A stretch of 64,000 bases of DNA from an uncultured Verrucomicrobiae bacterium (GCA_963765205.1 CAVXVB010000008.1:160001-224000); one strand, 5' to 3'. Shown: positions 39,301-49,529, counted from the first letter of the stretch. The notes: generated from the letters alone by a model not told the origin. Numbers and translations are program-made.

Positions 39301-41298
39301 TTAGGATTCTCCTTCGAGGGTGAAAAAAAAGGTCGCGCCCCGGTTCAGGGCGGCGTCCGCCCAGACGCGGCCGCCATGCCGGTGAATGATGCGCTGCACA
39401 ATGGCGAGGCCGACCCCGGTGCCTTCATACTCCTCCGCCCGGTGCAGGCGCTGAAACACGCCGAACAGCTTGTGCGCGTATTGCATGTCGAAGCCCGTCC
39501 CATTATCGCGCACATAAAAGACGTACTCGTTTTGCTCGCGCGCGCAACCGATCTCGATGACGGCCGGGTCGCGTTTACGCGTGTATTTCACGGCGTTGGA
39601 CAGCAAATTGGCCCAGGCCTGCTTCAACAAGGCCGCGTCGCCCTGGCAGGCGGGCAAGTCGCCGAGGCGGAGGTCAATTTTCCGCCCTTCAAACTGGGGT
39701 CTTAGTTCCTCCAGGACGTTGCGCACCAGCCTTCCGTTGTCCACCGGCTGCTTGTTCAACGGCTGGCGGCTCAAGCGCGAAAAAGCCAGCAGGTCGTCAA
39801 TCAACGCGCCCATGCGCTGCGCGCCGTCGCGGATGGTGCGCAAGTAACGCCGGCCCTCGTCCGGCAGCAGCGTTCCATAGTCTTCTTCGACGGCCTGCGA
39901 AAATCCGTCCACCGCGCGCAGTGGCGCGCGCAGGTCGTGCGACACGGAGTAGGAAAAGGCTTCCAGTTCCTTGTTCGCCGCTTCGAGTTGGGCCGTGCGC
40001 TCGAAGACGCGCCGTTCAAGACTGGTATTCAGCTCGCGGATTTCCTGCTCGATTTTTTTCCGCTCCGTGATGTCGCGCGCCACTTTGGACGCACCCACGA
40101 TCCGGCCCTGGTCGTCCCTGATCGGCGACACGGTGACGGAGATGTCCACCAACTGCCCGTCCTTTTTCACCCGCATGGTCTCAAAATGCCGCACGCTTTC
40201 GCCGCGCTGGATGCACCTTAAAATTTCCGTCTCCTCGGGCTGGCGTTCGGGGGGGATCAGTCGCATGATCGGCTGGCCGATCATCTCACGGGCCGGGTAG
40301 CCGAAAATCCTCTCCGCACTGGCATTCCAACTGGTGACGATGCCCTGCAAATCCTTGCCGACGATGGCGTCGTCGGAAAACTCCACAATCGCCGCCAACT
40401 GCCGGGCCTGCGCCTCCACCCGTTGGCGCCGAAGATCCACCCGGTTGAGCCACCGCGCGGTGAGCCAGACCAGAAGCGTGAAGCAAAAAACATTGAGGGT
40501 CGCATCCAGCGACAGGCCGAAGGCGGAGCCATAGAAGCCCCTTTGTTCGCCCTGCAACCGCAGCCAGCCCAGCACCAGGGGAATGACAATGGCAAACGGC
40601 AGCAAGCGGCGCACCATCGCGCCGCCCGTGCTGGCGCTGGTGAGCAGGCTCCATGGCCCCGATGCCGAGCGGGCCAGCAGCACCCCCTGGGATAACCCGA
40701 AAAACAGCAACGAGGTATGCGCCGCCATCGTCGAGAACGGCGACAGCTCATACAGCGAGGCCGCCCCATAGATATAACCCGCCATGGCAAACAGCCCGAC
40801 CAGACTCGTAATCAGGGCCAATCCTTGCGCGGGGCGATGCCCGCGGGGCGTTTCCCAGTCCAGCGTCAACAAGGCCACCCCCAGCAACAAAAAACTGCCC
40901 GACGCCGCCGGCGACATGCGGCCCGGATAGGTGATCCCCTCGACCAAGGGCTGGAGCATAAGCAATTGGTCAATGCCGAGGCTCTGGTGGAGCGCATATT
41001 CCAATAAAGTCAGCAGCGAAAACAGCAGCACAATTATGGCGGCCGCCTGCGCGCAACGGTGCCGCCATTTCCCAACCGGTTCATCCGCTTGCAGCGCCAA
41101 GGCCAAGCCCGTCAGAATAAAGCAGGTCGCCGTGTTGATCTTCATCGCCACCCAGTTGGGCGAAATGCTCTTGAGCCACGCCAAGTCGAAAATCCATCCC
41201 ACTACGACCAACCCACCCACCAAGACACCCCCGAACCCGATTGCTCGGGCCAGAGCCGCAAACTTGGTGTGGCAGGGGGCTGCCAAAGTTGGGTCCAT
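39301..41298 (-). CDS. Membrane PAS sensor histidine kinase
   Basis: Multi-TM N-terminus, PAS (SDDAI..WN..AE), [26 protein letters not shown]. Confidence 0.92.
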   Translation of the reverse strand: MDPTLAAPCHTKFAALARAIGFGGVLVGGLVVVGWIFDLAWLKSISPNWVAMKINTATCFILTGLALALQADEPVGKWRHRCAQAAAIIVLLFSLLTLLEYALHQSLGIDQLLMLQPLVEGITYPGRMSPAASGSFLLLGVALLTLDWETPRGHRPAQGLALITSLVGLFAMAGYIYGAASLYELSPFSTMAAHTSLLFFGLSQGVLLARSASGPWSLLTSASTGGAMVRRLLPFAIVIPLVLGWLRLQGEQRGFYGSAFGLSLDATLNVFCFTLLVWLTARWLNRVDLRRQRVEAQARQLAAIVEFSDDAIVGKDLQGIVTSWNASAERIFGYPAREMIGQPIMRLIPPERQPEETEILRCIQRGESVRHFETMRVKKDGQLVDISVTVSPIRDDQGRIVGASKVARDITERKKIEQEIRELNTSLERRVFERTAQLEAANKELEAFSYSVSHDLRAPLRAVDGFSQAVEEDYGTLLPDEGRRYLRTIRDGAQRMGALIDDLLAFSRLSRQPLNKQPVDNGRLVRNVLEELRPQFEGRKIDLRLGDLPACQGDAALLKQAWANLLSNAVKYTRKRDPAVIEIGCAREQNEYVFYVRDNGTGFDMQYAHKLFGVFQRLHRAEEYEGTGVGLAIVQRIIHRHGGRVWADAALNRGATFFFTLEGES

Positions 41299-41526
41299 GT
41301 TTGCACGACAACCAGCACAAAGGCTCCGGAATCCGGCGAAACGTTGCCTTCGACTGAACTGCGGAGGAGTGCGGGGACTTGCGGCTCCGGCCACAGTAAA
41401 AAAAGCTCAACGGAAGCGAGTAGACTACCGTCGTGCTAACTGCCTTGCGGTAAAAACATAAGCCCCATCGAACGTTTTATCAAGTGCTTATACCTTATTT
41501 ATACAATCATAATGGGACTTATATAC

Positions 41527-41554
41527 TTGACAGTTAAAGAATCTGTGGTATATT
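41527..41554 (+). promoter_or_regulatory. Sigma70-type transposase promoter (probably leaderless mRNA)
   Basis: TTGACA-16 nt-TATATT with an extended -10 TG; only 6 nt separate the -10 box from the ATG at 41561. Confidence 0.6.
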
Positions 41555-41560
41555 GACGGT

Positions 41561-42514
41561 ATGAAGCACCAAACTCCATTCACTCCCCAGCCAAGCAGCT
41601 TTGATTTCCATGCGCTCGTTCCCAACGAGGATGCAGCACGCCAGCAATGGGCGGCGGCGCGCTGGCCTGACGGAGTGAAGTGCATCCATTGCGGGCACGA
41701 CAAGGTGTGGTCAATCAAGGGCGGTCGCGTCTATGACTGCAAAGCGTGCCGCAAGCATTTTACAGTTCGCACTGGGTCGGTTATGGAAGATAGTAAGTTG
41801 CCGATTAAAAAATGGCTCTATGCCATGTATCTGATGACGGTTTCGCGCAAAGGTATTTCTTCAATCCAGTTGGCAAAAGAGTTGGGCGTCACCCAAAAGA
41901 GCGCGTGGCATCTCGCCCATCGCATCCGTGAAGCGTGCCAATCTAAGGGGGTGATCACCGGCATTGTGGAGGCTGATGAAACTTATATCGGTGGCAAAGA
42001 AAAAAACAAGCACTCCGGCAAGCGCACTCATGCGGGCCGGGGTGGAGTGGGTAAGTCAATCGTGTTTGGCGCAAAGAGCCGTGAAAGCGGCGAAGTTCGC
42101 GCAATGGTGTTGCCCTGCAATGACAGTTACCGCTTGCACGGTGCGGTGGGTGAGACGGTTGCCAAGGGTTCTACTCTTTGCACGGATGACAACCGCGCCT
42201 ATCGTGGCATCAAGGGCTATCGTCACCGCGTGGTAAAACACAGCGCGCGGGAATATGTCAAGGGTATGGCGCACACAAACGGGATTGAAAGTTTTTGGGC
42301 CATTTTGAAACGCGCTTACATCGGAACCTTCCATAATTTCAGCGCAAAGCATCTTGCGCGTTATGCTGATGAATTTGCGTTTAAGGCCAACACAAAGGAC
42401 TTGCCCGCATTCAATGAAAGTGGTATCGGTTCTGGTATCACGGCTATCCGCCAGTATATAGCAGGCGCGGAAGGCCGTCGCCTCACCTATAAAGCCCTCA
42501 CCTCCCATGCCTGA
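41561..42514 (+). CDS. IS1595-family DDE transposase
   Basis: Zn ribbon CIHC..CKAC, KGISSIQLAKELGVTQKSAW HTH, EADETYIGG, TD, HTNGIESFW. Confidence 0.94.
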   Translation: MKHQTPFTPQPSSFDFHALVPNEDAARQQWAAARWPDGVKCIHCGHDKVWSIKGGRVYDCKACRKHFTVRTGSVMEDSKLPIKKWLYAMYLMTVSRKGISSIQLAKELGVTQKSAWHLAHRIREACQSKGVITGIVEADETYIGGKEKNKHSGKRTHAGRGGVGKSIVFGAKSRESGEVRAMVLPCNDSYRLHGAVGETVAKGSTLCTDDNRAYRGIKGYRHRVVKHSAREYVKGMAHTNGIESFWAILKRAYIGTFHNFSAKHLARYADEFAFKANTKDLPAFNESGIGSGITAIRQYIAGAEGRRLTYKALTSHA

Positions 42515-42650
42515 AAAAACACCAGCGCAACCGATAAAGAATCCGCTCTTTGGGAAATACAACCAAGTAGTGAAGGCGGTAGCTACATATCAACCCCCAA
42601 AGAACCAACCAGAAAATAAAGTATCTTCTCCATTGCCGGCAAAGAAATAA
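42507..42650 (+). CDS. Small basic ORF (47 aa) overlapping the transposase stop
   Basis: MPEKTPAQPIKNPLFGKYNQVVKAVATYQPPK...AKK*; fills the gap to the convergent passenger gene exactly. Confidence 0.4.
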   Translation: MPEKTPAQPIKNPLFGKYNQVVKAVATYQPPKNQPENKVSSPLPAKK

Positions 42651-43559
42651 TCACTCTTTAAGGTCGGTCATTTCATAACGGAATTTAGGTTCTCCATTTT
42701 TTGGAGTGAATATAATCTTGTTCAAAAAGGCCACCGCCCTTTTTGTAGTCAATTTATTCCAGTCTGCTAAAGTATCAAGTTTTATATCCTCTGCGATTTC
42801 TCCAAAAATAGCTTCTCCCGCATCTGGCCTAAAATCAAAACGCCACGAATCTACCATAGCCCCATTGAATACCCCGGGAAGTTGTATCGGTGTGCTTTCA
42901 GTGAGTGAAGAACCAACCCGCTCCCATGCTTCCTTGATTTGCGTTTGGGTTAAACTGGTTTGTTCCATTCCTTTTTCAATATCCATAGAAACATCGTTCA
43001 TTGCGAGTGTTTTGAAAAAATCACGCAAGCGCAACAATGTCCTGCCAGAAATTTTCAATGCGGCATTGGCGTATGCTTCATCATCAGTAGCGGCAGCACG
43101 AATAACGTTTCCAACTTTGCTGAATGCTCCTTCTAAATACTCATAAGTAAGAAGGTCAGTCGCGTTAGCAGGCGTAAGTTCTAGCCCTACAGAACCGCGT
43201 GGCAAATCTGTTAAGTAGAGACGCGCCTCCGTATCACTTCTGCGCGGGCCTCGTTCTCCAATCTGCCCATGAAATCCTGCGGAAAATTCAGACTTTATCA
43301 TTTCTTGATAAGGCTCCATTACGTCCAGTGCAAATTTCAATTCTATGCCGTGCGTTCCGTCAACGGGACTCCCGCTAAATGAGAGGGTTACGCTCTTTGA
43401 TTCGGGCGCATCCTTCGCTTCCTTTAATTTATTTTCCGCTTCCTTTATCCTTTGAGACCATTGATACTCCATGATAGGATGCGATTTAACACGGTCATAC
43501 ATTCCCTTAGCTTCGGCAAGCTGGGACATCCAATGCTGTCTCATAGAATGGGCGCTCAT
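42651..43559 (-). CDS. Hypothetical passenger protein (302 aa)
   Basis: Long AT-rich ORF with an ATGA overlap to the upstream gene. Confidence 0.8.
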   Translation of the reverse strand: MSAHSMRQHWMSQLAEAKGMYDRVKSHPIMEYQWSQRIKEAENKLKEAKDAPESKSVTLSFSGSPVDGTHGIELKFALDVMEPYQEMIKSEFSAGFHGQIGERGPRRSDTEARLYLTDLPRGSVGLELTPANATDLLTYEYLEGAFSKVGNVIRAAATDDEAYANAALKISGRTLLRLRDFFKTLAMNDVSMDIEKGMEQTSLTQTQIKEAWERVGSSLTESTPIQLPGVFNGAMVDSWRFDFRPDAGEAIFGEIAEDIKLDTLADWNKLTTKRAVAFLNKIIFTPKNGEPKFRYEMTDLKE

Positions 43560-44106
43560 TTTGAAGAATTAAGGAATTGTCTGGCTTCATTATCTGCCGC
43601 AAATGTGCCTAAGTCAACGCGAAGAATGCCTTTCCATACACCGTTTCTCCGATGGGTGAAGAGATTATGCCAATATCGGGACAGGTAAACAATCTCTTCT
43701 GGCTTAATTGACATATCTACAAAATAATGGTCAATATGATAACTCGACTTAACTGTATTTACATCTATTAGGGGTCTGCTGTTTGCAAAGAGGCTCGCCA
43801 CGAATGTCGGAGTGGGGGGAGTAAAAAAGGTAACAATATCCATATCGGTTGGTGGCCTCCTATCAATTTTCTCTATTTCCTTTAAAAACTTCCATCCAGC
43901 CATTGAAAGCCAGAAGTCATATTTACGTTATGAATTTGTTCACGGTAATCTAGCCATCCGTGTAATATAATCTTCCTTTCGGGCGAAAATCCAAACCTTT
44001 CGCACACTTCTTTGGGTGTAGCCATGTAGGGAGATACATCCTCCGGCTCTCTCGCATCTCCTTTATGCGGGGGCAGCACACCATTTTTGAAGTCAGGGAT
44101 TGGCAC
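43556..44106 (-). CDS. DUF6932-like / Pol-beta-type nucleotidyltransferase-like protein, split by a one-base shift at ~43884-43888
   Basis: ORFs 43882..44154 and 43556..43903 join as QWLDGSF-LKEIEKIDRRPPTDMDIV (GS...DxD). The start is uncertain; GTG at 44106 was chosen. Confidence 0.7.
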
Positions 44107-44349
44107 GGCGAGAACCATAGCCCAAAAGGCAATCCGCTCAATCGCTATTTTCATTATACGTCAGGTATATAAGTCCCATTATAATCGCCCTACCATTCCT
44201 TAACGAGCCGCAGTTGGGAATCCGGCCGATCAGGGGCTATTCGAAATGCCGCCGCATGCAGTTAGCCCGACCCACCGGCCATTGAATACATATAACATTC
44301 CCGTTTCCGCCGGCTGAGCTTCTGACCCAATTCGGCGGCGGTGAAAAAC

Positions 44350-44425
44350 TGGTGGAGCCGATGGGGCTCGAACCCACGACCTCCACAATGCCATTGTGGC
44401 GCTCTTCCAACTGAGCTACGACCCC
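44350..44425 (-). tRNA. tRNA-Ala (GGC)
   Basis: GGGGTCGTAGCTCAGTTGGAAGAGCGCCACAATGGCATTGTGGAGGTCGTGGGTTCGAGCCCCATCGGCTCCACCA; 76 nt, G3:U70, CCA encoded. Confidence 0.97.
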
Positions 44426-44530
44426 AGTTTCCCTAAGGGAGGGTGATTTAACCGCCCCCGCCTGCGTTAGTCAATGGTTTTTGCGGAGACCCGAGCAACT
44501 GCCCGGCCGTATCGAGATAAAGGCAGGGCT

Positions 44531-44592
44531 TGATTGTCGGGGTGTTCGATTGTTGAATTGCTGAATTGTCCCAACCAGCAATTTAACCATCC
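44531..44592. repeat. 8-nt-period repeat (ATTGYTGA)n with short inverted arm
   Basis: gattgttgaattgctgaattgt ... cagcaatttaaccat upstream of pyrF. Confidence 0.6.
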
Positions 44593-44605
44593 AACTCCTC
44601 CGCCC

Positions 44606-45352
44606 ATGCTGCCCCTGCCGACGCTCTCCCCGCCCCCGCCCCCGCCCGACGCCCGGAACGGCGATGTCATTCTCGCGCTCGACGTGCCCTCCCGCGCCGA
44701 GGCCGAGGCGTTTCTCGACCGCATCGGGGGCGATTTGCGCTGGGTCAAGGTGGGGCTGCAGCTTTTCGTGCACGAAGGGCCGGACTTGGTGGATGCGCTG
44801 GCCAAACGCGGTCACAAGGTCTTTCTCGACCTCAAACTCCACGACATTCCCAACACGGTCGCCTCCGCCATCCGCAGCTTGCGCGGGCGACCCTGCGATA
44901 TGCTGACCATCCATGCGGCGGGCGGCCGCGAGATGCTCCGCCAGGCCGTGGATGCCGCGCGCGAAACCAACCCCACCCTCCTCCTACTGGCCGTGACGGT
45001 GCTGACCTCGCTCGACGACTCAGGCCTGGCTGAAACGGGCGTCGTGGATGGCGCAGCCGCCCAAGTTGAGCGCCTGGCCGCGCTCGCGTTGGGCGCGGGC
45101 GTGCCAGGGCTGATTTGTTCGCCGGTCGAATTACCAGCGTTGCGCGAGAAGTTTGGGCGCGGCCCGCTGCTCGTCACGCCCGGCGTGCGCCCGGTCGGCG
45201 CCGCTGTCGGCGACCAAAAACGCACGCTCACCCCGCGCGAAGCCGCCGCCACGGGCGCGGACTTTATCGTTATCGGCCGGCCCTTGTTGCAGGCCAAAGA
45301 TCCGCGCGCCGCCCTCGCCGCCATTCGCGAAGAAATCGGCAAAAGAATTTGA
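44606..45352 (+). CDS. pyrF: Orotidine-5'-phosphate decarboxylase
   Basis: LALD, KVG, FLDLKLHDIPNTV, VTVLTS, TPGVRP, DQKR, IGR. Confidence 0.96.
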   Translation: MLPLPTLSPPPPPPDARNGDVILALDVPSRAEAEAFLDRIGGDLRWVKVGLQLFVHEGPDLVDALAKRGHKVFLDLKLHDIPNTVASAIRSLRGRPCDMLTIHAAGGREMLRQAVDAARETNPTLLLLAVTVLTSLDDSGLAETGVVDGAAAQVERLAALALGAGVPGLICSPVELPALREKFGRGPLLVTPGVRPVGAAVGDQKRTLTPREAAATGADFIVIGRPLLQAKDPRAALAAIREEIGKRI

Positions 45353-45411
45353 ACCACAAAGGTCACGGAGCACACCGAGGAAATTCAACTCCAAATCCGA
45401 AACTCGAAACT
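45349..45411. repeat. Single CACGGAG-family arm plus AAACTCG tail on the pyrF stop codon
   Basis: ttgaaccacaaaggtcacggagcacaccgaggaaattcaactccaaatccgaaactcgaaact. Confidence 0.8.
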
Positions 45412-45415
45412 ATTC

Positions 45416-46141
45416 ATGCCTAATGCCGCCATCATGCTGTGCGCGGGCCGGGCGGCGCGGATGCGCGGCGTCGTGGCCGACAAGGTGCTCGCCCTGCTCG
45501 CGGGCCGGCCCGTCTTGTCCTATTCCCTCCAGGCCTTCCTTGAGGCGGGTGTCGTAGATTATTTTATTTTTGTCGTCCGCGACGCCGCGCAAATGGCCGG
45601 CGTGACCGCGGTACTGGCCAAGACGGACACGCCCCTCGCCAAAGTGATTTTTGCGGCAGGCGGCGTTGAACGGCAAGACTCCGTGTTCCACGGATTGCAA
45701 AGCACACCTTCGCAATTTGAAAATGTCTTCATCCACGATTGCGCGCGACCGCTAATTACGCCCGCGAGTTTGCGCGCGCTCGCCGCCGCCGTTCAAGCCG
45801 ATGGTGCCGCCGTGCTCGCCCACCGCGTAACAGACACCATCAAACAAACCCCACCGCGTGCTGGAAAAAAAATGCGCCGCCTCAAATTGCGCGACCTCCA
45901 ACGCGAAACGCTCTGGGCGATGGAAACCCCGCAAGTTTTTGCGCGCGCATTAATCACGCCAGCCTACGCCAAAGTCCACGCAAAAAAATTGCGCGTGACC
46001 GACGATGTGGCCGCCGCCGCCCTCCTCGGCCACCCAACAACGATTGTCGAAAACCCCTCGCCCAACCCCAAACTCACCCACCCCGAGGATTTCGCCTGGG
46101 CGGAGTTGCTGCTGAAAAGAAACAAAATCTCACGAACGTGA
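45416..46141 (+). CDS. ispD: 2-C-methyl-D-erythritol 4-phosphate cytidylyltransferase
   Basis: AGRAARM, GGVERQDSV, IHDCARP, DTIK, ETPQVF, TDD, NPKLT. Confidence 0.93.
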   Translation: MPNAAIMLCAGRAARMRGVVADKVLALLAGRPVLSYSLQAFLEAGVVDYFIFVVRDAAQMAGVTAVLAKTDTPLAKVIFAAGGVERQDSVFHGLQSTPSQFENVFIHDCARPLITPASLRALAAAVQADGAAVLAHRVTDTIKQTPPRAGKKMRRLKLRDLQRETLWAMETPQVFARALITPAYAKVHAKKLRVTDDVAAAALLGHPTTIVENPSPNPKLTHPEDFAWAELLLKRNKISRT

Positions 46142-46822
46142 AACGCCATTCAATCTGCCATCCACCAAATGTATCAACCGGTCGGCGATGTCGAGGATGC
46201 GGGTGTCGTGGGTGACGAGGACGATGGTGCACCCGGATTCCTTGGCGAGGCGCTGGATAAGATTGACGACCTCGCGGCCGGTCGCGCCGTCGAGCGAGGC
46301 GGTTGGCTCGTCGGCGAGCAAAATCGCGGGCCGGCCAATGAGCGCGCGCGCGATGGCGACCCGCTGTTTTTGCCCGCCGGAGAGGTGGCTCGGGTGCTTT
46401 TCGCTGTGCTCCTCGATGCCGACGCGCCGCAACAATTCCAAGGCGCGCGCGCGGGAACTCGCGCCCGTTTCGCCGGGGTCAAAACTCAGGGGCAACTGGA
46501 CGTTCTGGCAGACCGTGAGGGCCTCGATCAAATGATGCGCCTGGAAAATAAAGCCGATTTTGCGCCGCAGGGCCACCAGCTCGCGCGGGCGCGCGCCGGA
46601 CAACTCCTGGCCATCCACCACGATACTCCCCTGTTGCAAGGCCCGCTGTCCGCCGATCAGCTTGAGCAGCGTGGTTTTGCCCGAGCCGGACGGCCCCATG
46701 ATCAGGCAAATTTCCCCGCACGCAAATTCCGCGCTGACGCCATGCAGCACCTCCTTGCTTGCCAGCCCTTCGACAAACGAGTGGTGCAGGTCTTTGACCT
46801 CAATGATGGGTGGGCCTGGCAT
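46130..46822 (-). CDS. DevA-type ABC exporter ATPase
   Basis: GPSGSGKTT, IFQAH, LSGGQKQR, ADEPTASLD, HDTRILDIADR. Confidence 0.9.
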   Translation of the reverse strand: MPGPPIIEVKDLHHSFVEGLASKEVLHGVSAEFACGEICLIMGPSGSGKTTLLKLIGGQRALQQGSIVVDGQELSGARPRELVALRRKIGFIFQAHHLIEALTVCQNVQLPLSFDPGETGASSRARALELLRRVGIEEHSEKHPSHLSGGQKQRVAIARALIGRPAILLADEPTASLDGATGREVVNLIQRLAKESGCTIVLVTHDTRILDIADRLIHLVDGRLNGVSRS

Positions 46823-46832
46823 GGGGGAGGAA

Positions 46833-46867
46833 GTTTCAGGTTTCGAGTTTTCGGTTTTCAGTTTTCG
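46833..46867. repeat. 7-nt tandem repeat (GTTTYSR)n
   Basis: gtttcaggtttcgagttttcggttttcagttttcgg. Confidence 0.75.
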
Positions 46868-46934
46868 GATGGCTAAAACGATTTTGAACGGGATTTGGAT
46901 TGGTCAATCTGGCCCATGAGGCTGGGGATTGGGC

Positions 46935-46964
46935 TTCTTAATTCTTAATTCATAATTCTTAATT
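46935..46964. repeat. 7-nt tandem repeat (TTCTTAA)n
   Basis: ttcttaattcttaattcataattcttaatt abutting the DevC-like stop codon. Confidence 0.85.
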
Positions 46965-48168
46965 AAACGATATCCGCCGGGTTGGCGCGGCGGAGCTTGC
47001 GGGTGGCCAGCGCGCCGGCCAGCAGGCACATGAAAAGCGACAGCCCAAACACCAGCGCGACGTTGCGGCCGGTCAGGTGGGCGGGCATATGCCCGTAAAC
47101 GCGCGTGGCCCAATACAGCCCGGCCGCCAGCCCCAACCCGGGCACAAAACCAGACACCGACAGGATGGCCGATTCCTGGAGCACCAGGCGGATGAAATAG
47201 CCGTCGGTGAAGCCGATGGCCTTGAGCGTGGCGTATTCGGGCAGGTGGTCCGTCACGTCCGTGTATAATATTTGATACACAATGACCGCGCCGACGATCA
47301 AGGAAACCAGCATCGAAGCGGTGATGACGAAGCCAATGGGCGTGCGGTCGGCCCAGTAGCGTTCCTCTTTTTCCATAAATTTGCGGTAGCTGAGCACGGC
47401 CACATCGTCGGGCAGGCGCTTGTCCAGCGCCGCGGCCACGGCGTCCGCGTCCGCCCCGGCTTTAAGCGTGAGCAGGCCGAGGCTGATCTGGTCGGTGCGC
47501 GCGCCGGGCGAGATTTGCAAATACGTGTCCCGGCCCATGAGCAAGTTGCCATCGGCCGCGAAAGTGACGCCCATCGAAAAGAGGCCCTCGATTTGCACAT
47601 GGCGGTCGGCGATTTCGGAATCCACCTCGCCGTTATTGGCGGCGAGCCGCTGCGCCACCGGGCCGTAATCAGCGCGGGAAAGACGGTCAAACAGCACCGT
47701 GCTTTCGATCTTGAGTTTGTCCTGCTGAGCGAGGATTTCCGGGTTGGTGAAGGGTTGCTCGGTGGGGTCGAAGGCCAGGATAAAGATGTCGCGCGCGCGG
47801 CCGGTGTCGGGGTTTTTGAACGGCAGGCTCCCGAGATTCAGGCTGGTGGCGCCCGCCACGGCCGAGTCGCTCTGCGCCGAATACAGGCGCTCGCGCGGGA
47901 ACTCATGGCTGCTGCCCAGAAATTCATACTGCGGGCTAAAGAGCACCACATCGGCGCGCATTTGCTTGATGGGGGCGACGACCTGCGCAAAGAGCGCCGA
48001 GTTGAGGCCGACCTGGAACAACATCATCGCCACCGCCACCGTGATCCCGGCGACCGCCACGGCAAAGCGCTTTTTCTCCGCCACGAGCTGACGCCAAGAC
48101 AGCGGGATGCCGAGCGGAAAAATCCACTCTGGGAGCGGGCGGGTGAAGCGCCGGGCGGGCCGGGTCAT
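46963..48168 (-). CDS. DevC-type ABC exporter permease
   Basis: PLSWRQL, TPIGFV, VIVYQILYTDV..HLPEYATLKAIG, PADIV. Confidence 0.92.
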   Translation of the reverse strand: MTRPARRFTRPLPEWIFPLGIPLSWRQLVAEKKRFAVAVAGITVAVAMMLFQVGLNSALFAQVVAPIKQMRADVVLFSPQYEFLGSSHEFPRERLYSAQSDSAVAGATSLNLGSLPFKNPDTGRARDIFILAFDPTEQPFTNPEILAQQDKLKIESTVLFDRLSRADYGPVAQRLAANNGEVDSEIADRHVQIEGLFSMGVTFAADGNLLMGRDTYLQISPGARTDQISLGLLTLKAGADADAVAAALDKRLPDDVAVLSYRKFMEKEERYWADRTPIGFVITASMLVSLIVGAVIVYQILYTDVTDHLPEYATLKAIGFTDGYFIRLVLQESAILSVSGFVPGLGLAAGLYWATRVYGHMPAHLTGRNVALVFGLSLFMCLLAGALATRKLRRANPADIV

Positions 48169-49529
48169 GGGGCGAATTGCACTTTCACTTGTCCGTTGAT
48201 CAAGTTGGCGGCGGGCGCGGGATTGTCGAGCCGCACGCGCACCAACACGACGGGCTGGTCGGAGAAGACGGTTGGATCGGTGTTGGGCAGCGTGTTGCCG
48301 GCCACCATCGGCGTGATCGTCACCACTTGGCCGGTCAACCCATCATCGGGCAGGGCCGACCCGGTGGTCAGTGTTTTCTGGCCGAGGTGGACGCCCGGCA
48401 GGTCGTCAATGTAAACCAGCGCGTCCACATACATATCCGTCGTGTCGCCGAGCAGGAGCAGCCCAACCGGGCCGACCGCCTCGCCGGGATGCGTGAGAAC
48501 GGAGAGAACTTTGCCCGCGGCGGGTGCGCGGACTTCGCTCAAGTCCAGTTGCGCGCGCGCGACGGCAAGGGCGGCGGCGGCGGCATCCACCCGCGCCTGC
48601 GCGGCGGCCACGTCGGCGGCGCGTGCGGCTTGGACGGATTCGAGCAGCTGGCGGGCCGCTTCGGCGCTGGCGTGGGCGGCCCGAGCCTCGGCCTGAATGG
48701 GCGCGAGCGCGGCAGCATCGGCGGGCGGAGATTCCGTGATCAGCGCAGCTTCGGCCTGGCGGGTATGGATCGCGGCGAGGTCGGCCTTGGCCTGCAAATC
48801 CGCAATCGGCGCGGCGGCTTGCGCATCGGAGTTGAGCTTGGCGGCCTTGGCTTCCGCGAGCTGGGCCGTGGCAATGGCGCGTTCCGGGACGTTATGGGTT
48901 TTCGGAATGGCGTCGAGCTGGGCCTGCGCGGTCGCGACGGTTGCAGCGGAGGCGGCTTGCGCGGTTTGCAGCAAATTTTTCGCGATGTCCAAGGAGGCGG
49001 TGGCAGCCGCTTCGGCGCTTTTGGCCTCCTCGAGGGCGAGTTGGCTGGTGGTGGCGGCGAAGCGGGCGTTGGCTTCGGCGATGGCGGCGCGGCCATCCAA
49101 GTCGGCAATCTGAACCTGAATTTCCGCCGCGGCTTGCGCTTGGGCGGCCTGGGCTTCAGCCAAGTTGGCTAGGGCGACGCTTTGGTCGCGTTGGGCGGCA
49201 TCCACCTGGGCTTGCAACAAGGCCCGCCCATGCAACAGCGCGAGCAATTGGTTCGCCTCGACCAGATCGCCCTCCTTGACCAAAAGCTGGTCCACCATGG
49301 GCTGGCCCGAAACGCCCGCCGCTGCGGCAATCCGCAGCACCCCGCCGCGCGGCACAATCCGACCCTGCGCGGCCACCCCGCCGGAAAAGGGGGTCGTCGT
49401 GTTGGGCAACGGGTGCATATGGCCCACCCCTTGCATCCAACCCGTGACCGGCAGCAACAACCCCCCCGCCAGCAAAGCGCGGCGGATGGCTCTCCCCCAA
49501 GGATTTATTCTCGAAACGTGTAAGCGCAC
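48165..49529 (-). CDS. DevB/HlyD-type membrane fusion protein
   Basis: AQGRIVP, LLVKEGD, long Ala-rich helical region, VRAPAAGKVL, PGE; start uncertain. Confidence 0.85.
   Translation of the reverse strand: MRLHVSRINPWGRAIRRALLAGGLLLPVTGWMQGVGHMHPLPNTTTPFSGGVAAQGRIVPRGGVLRIAAAAGVSGQPMVDQLLVKEGDLVEANQLLALLHGRALLQAQVDAAQRDQSVALANLAEAQAAQAQAAAEIQVQIADLDGRAAIAEANARFAATTSQLALEEAKSAEAAATASLDIAKNLLQTAQAASAATVATAQAQLDAIPKTHNVPERAIATAQLAEAKAAKLNSDAQAAAPIADLQAKADLAAIHTRQAEAALITESPPADAAALAPIQAEARAAHASAEAARQLLESVQAARAADVAAAQARVDAAAAALAVARAQLDLSEVRAPAAGKVLSVLTHPGEAVGPVGLLLLGDTTDMYVDALVYIDDLPGVHLGQKTLTTGSALPDDGLTGQVVTITPMVAGNTLPNTDPTVFSDQPVVLVRVRLDNPAPAANLINGQVKVQFAP

Larger units (their letters stand above)
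41514..44177 (+). mobile_element. IS1595-family element with passenger genes, 2664 bp
   Basis: TIRs GGGACTTATATACTTGAC (41514-41531) and GTCAGGTATATAAGTCCC (44160-44177) match at 17/18; flanking 8-mers ATCATAAT / ATTATAAT. Confidence 0.9.

Noticed and set aside
36547..41298. HK-Rcp1-hybrid kinase cluster as a novel system
   Set aside because: A common three-gene arrangement with no unusual domain visible.
36547..44425. tRNA-Ala-anchored integrative island
   Set aside because: No integrase and no duplicated tRNA 3' end seen; the IS1595 TIRs explain the AT-rich part.
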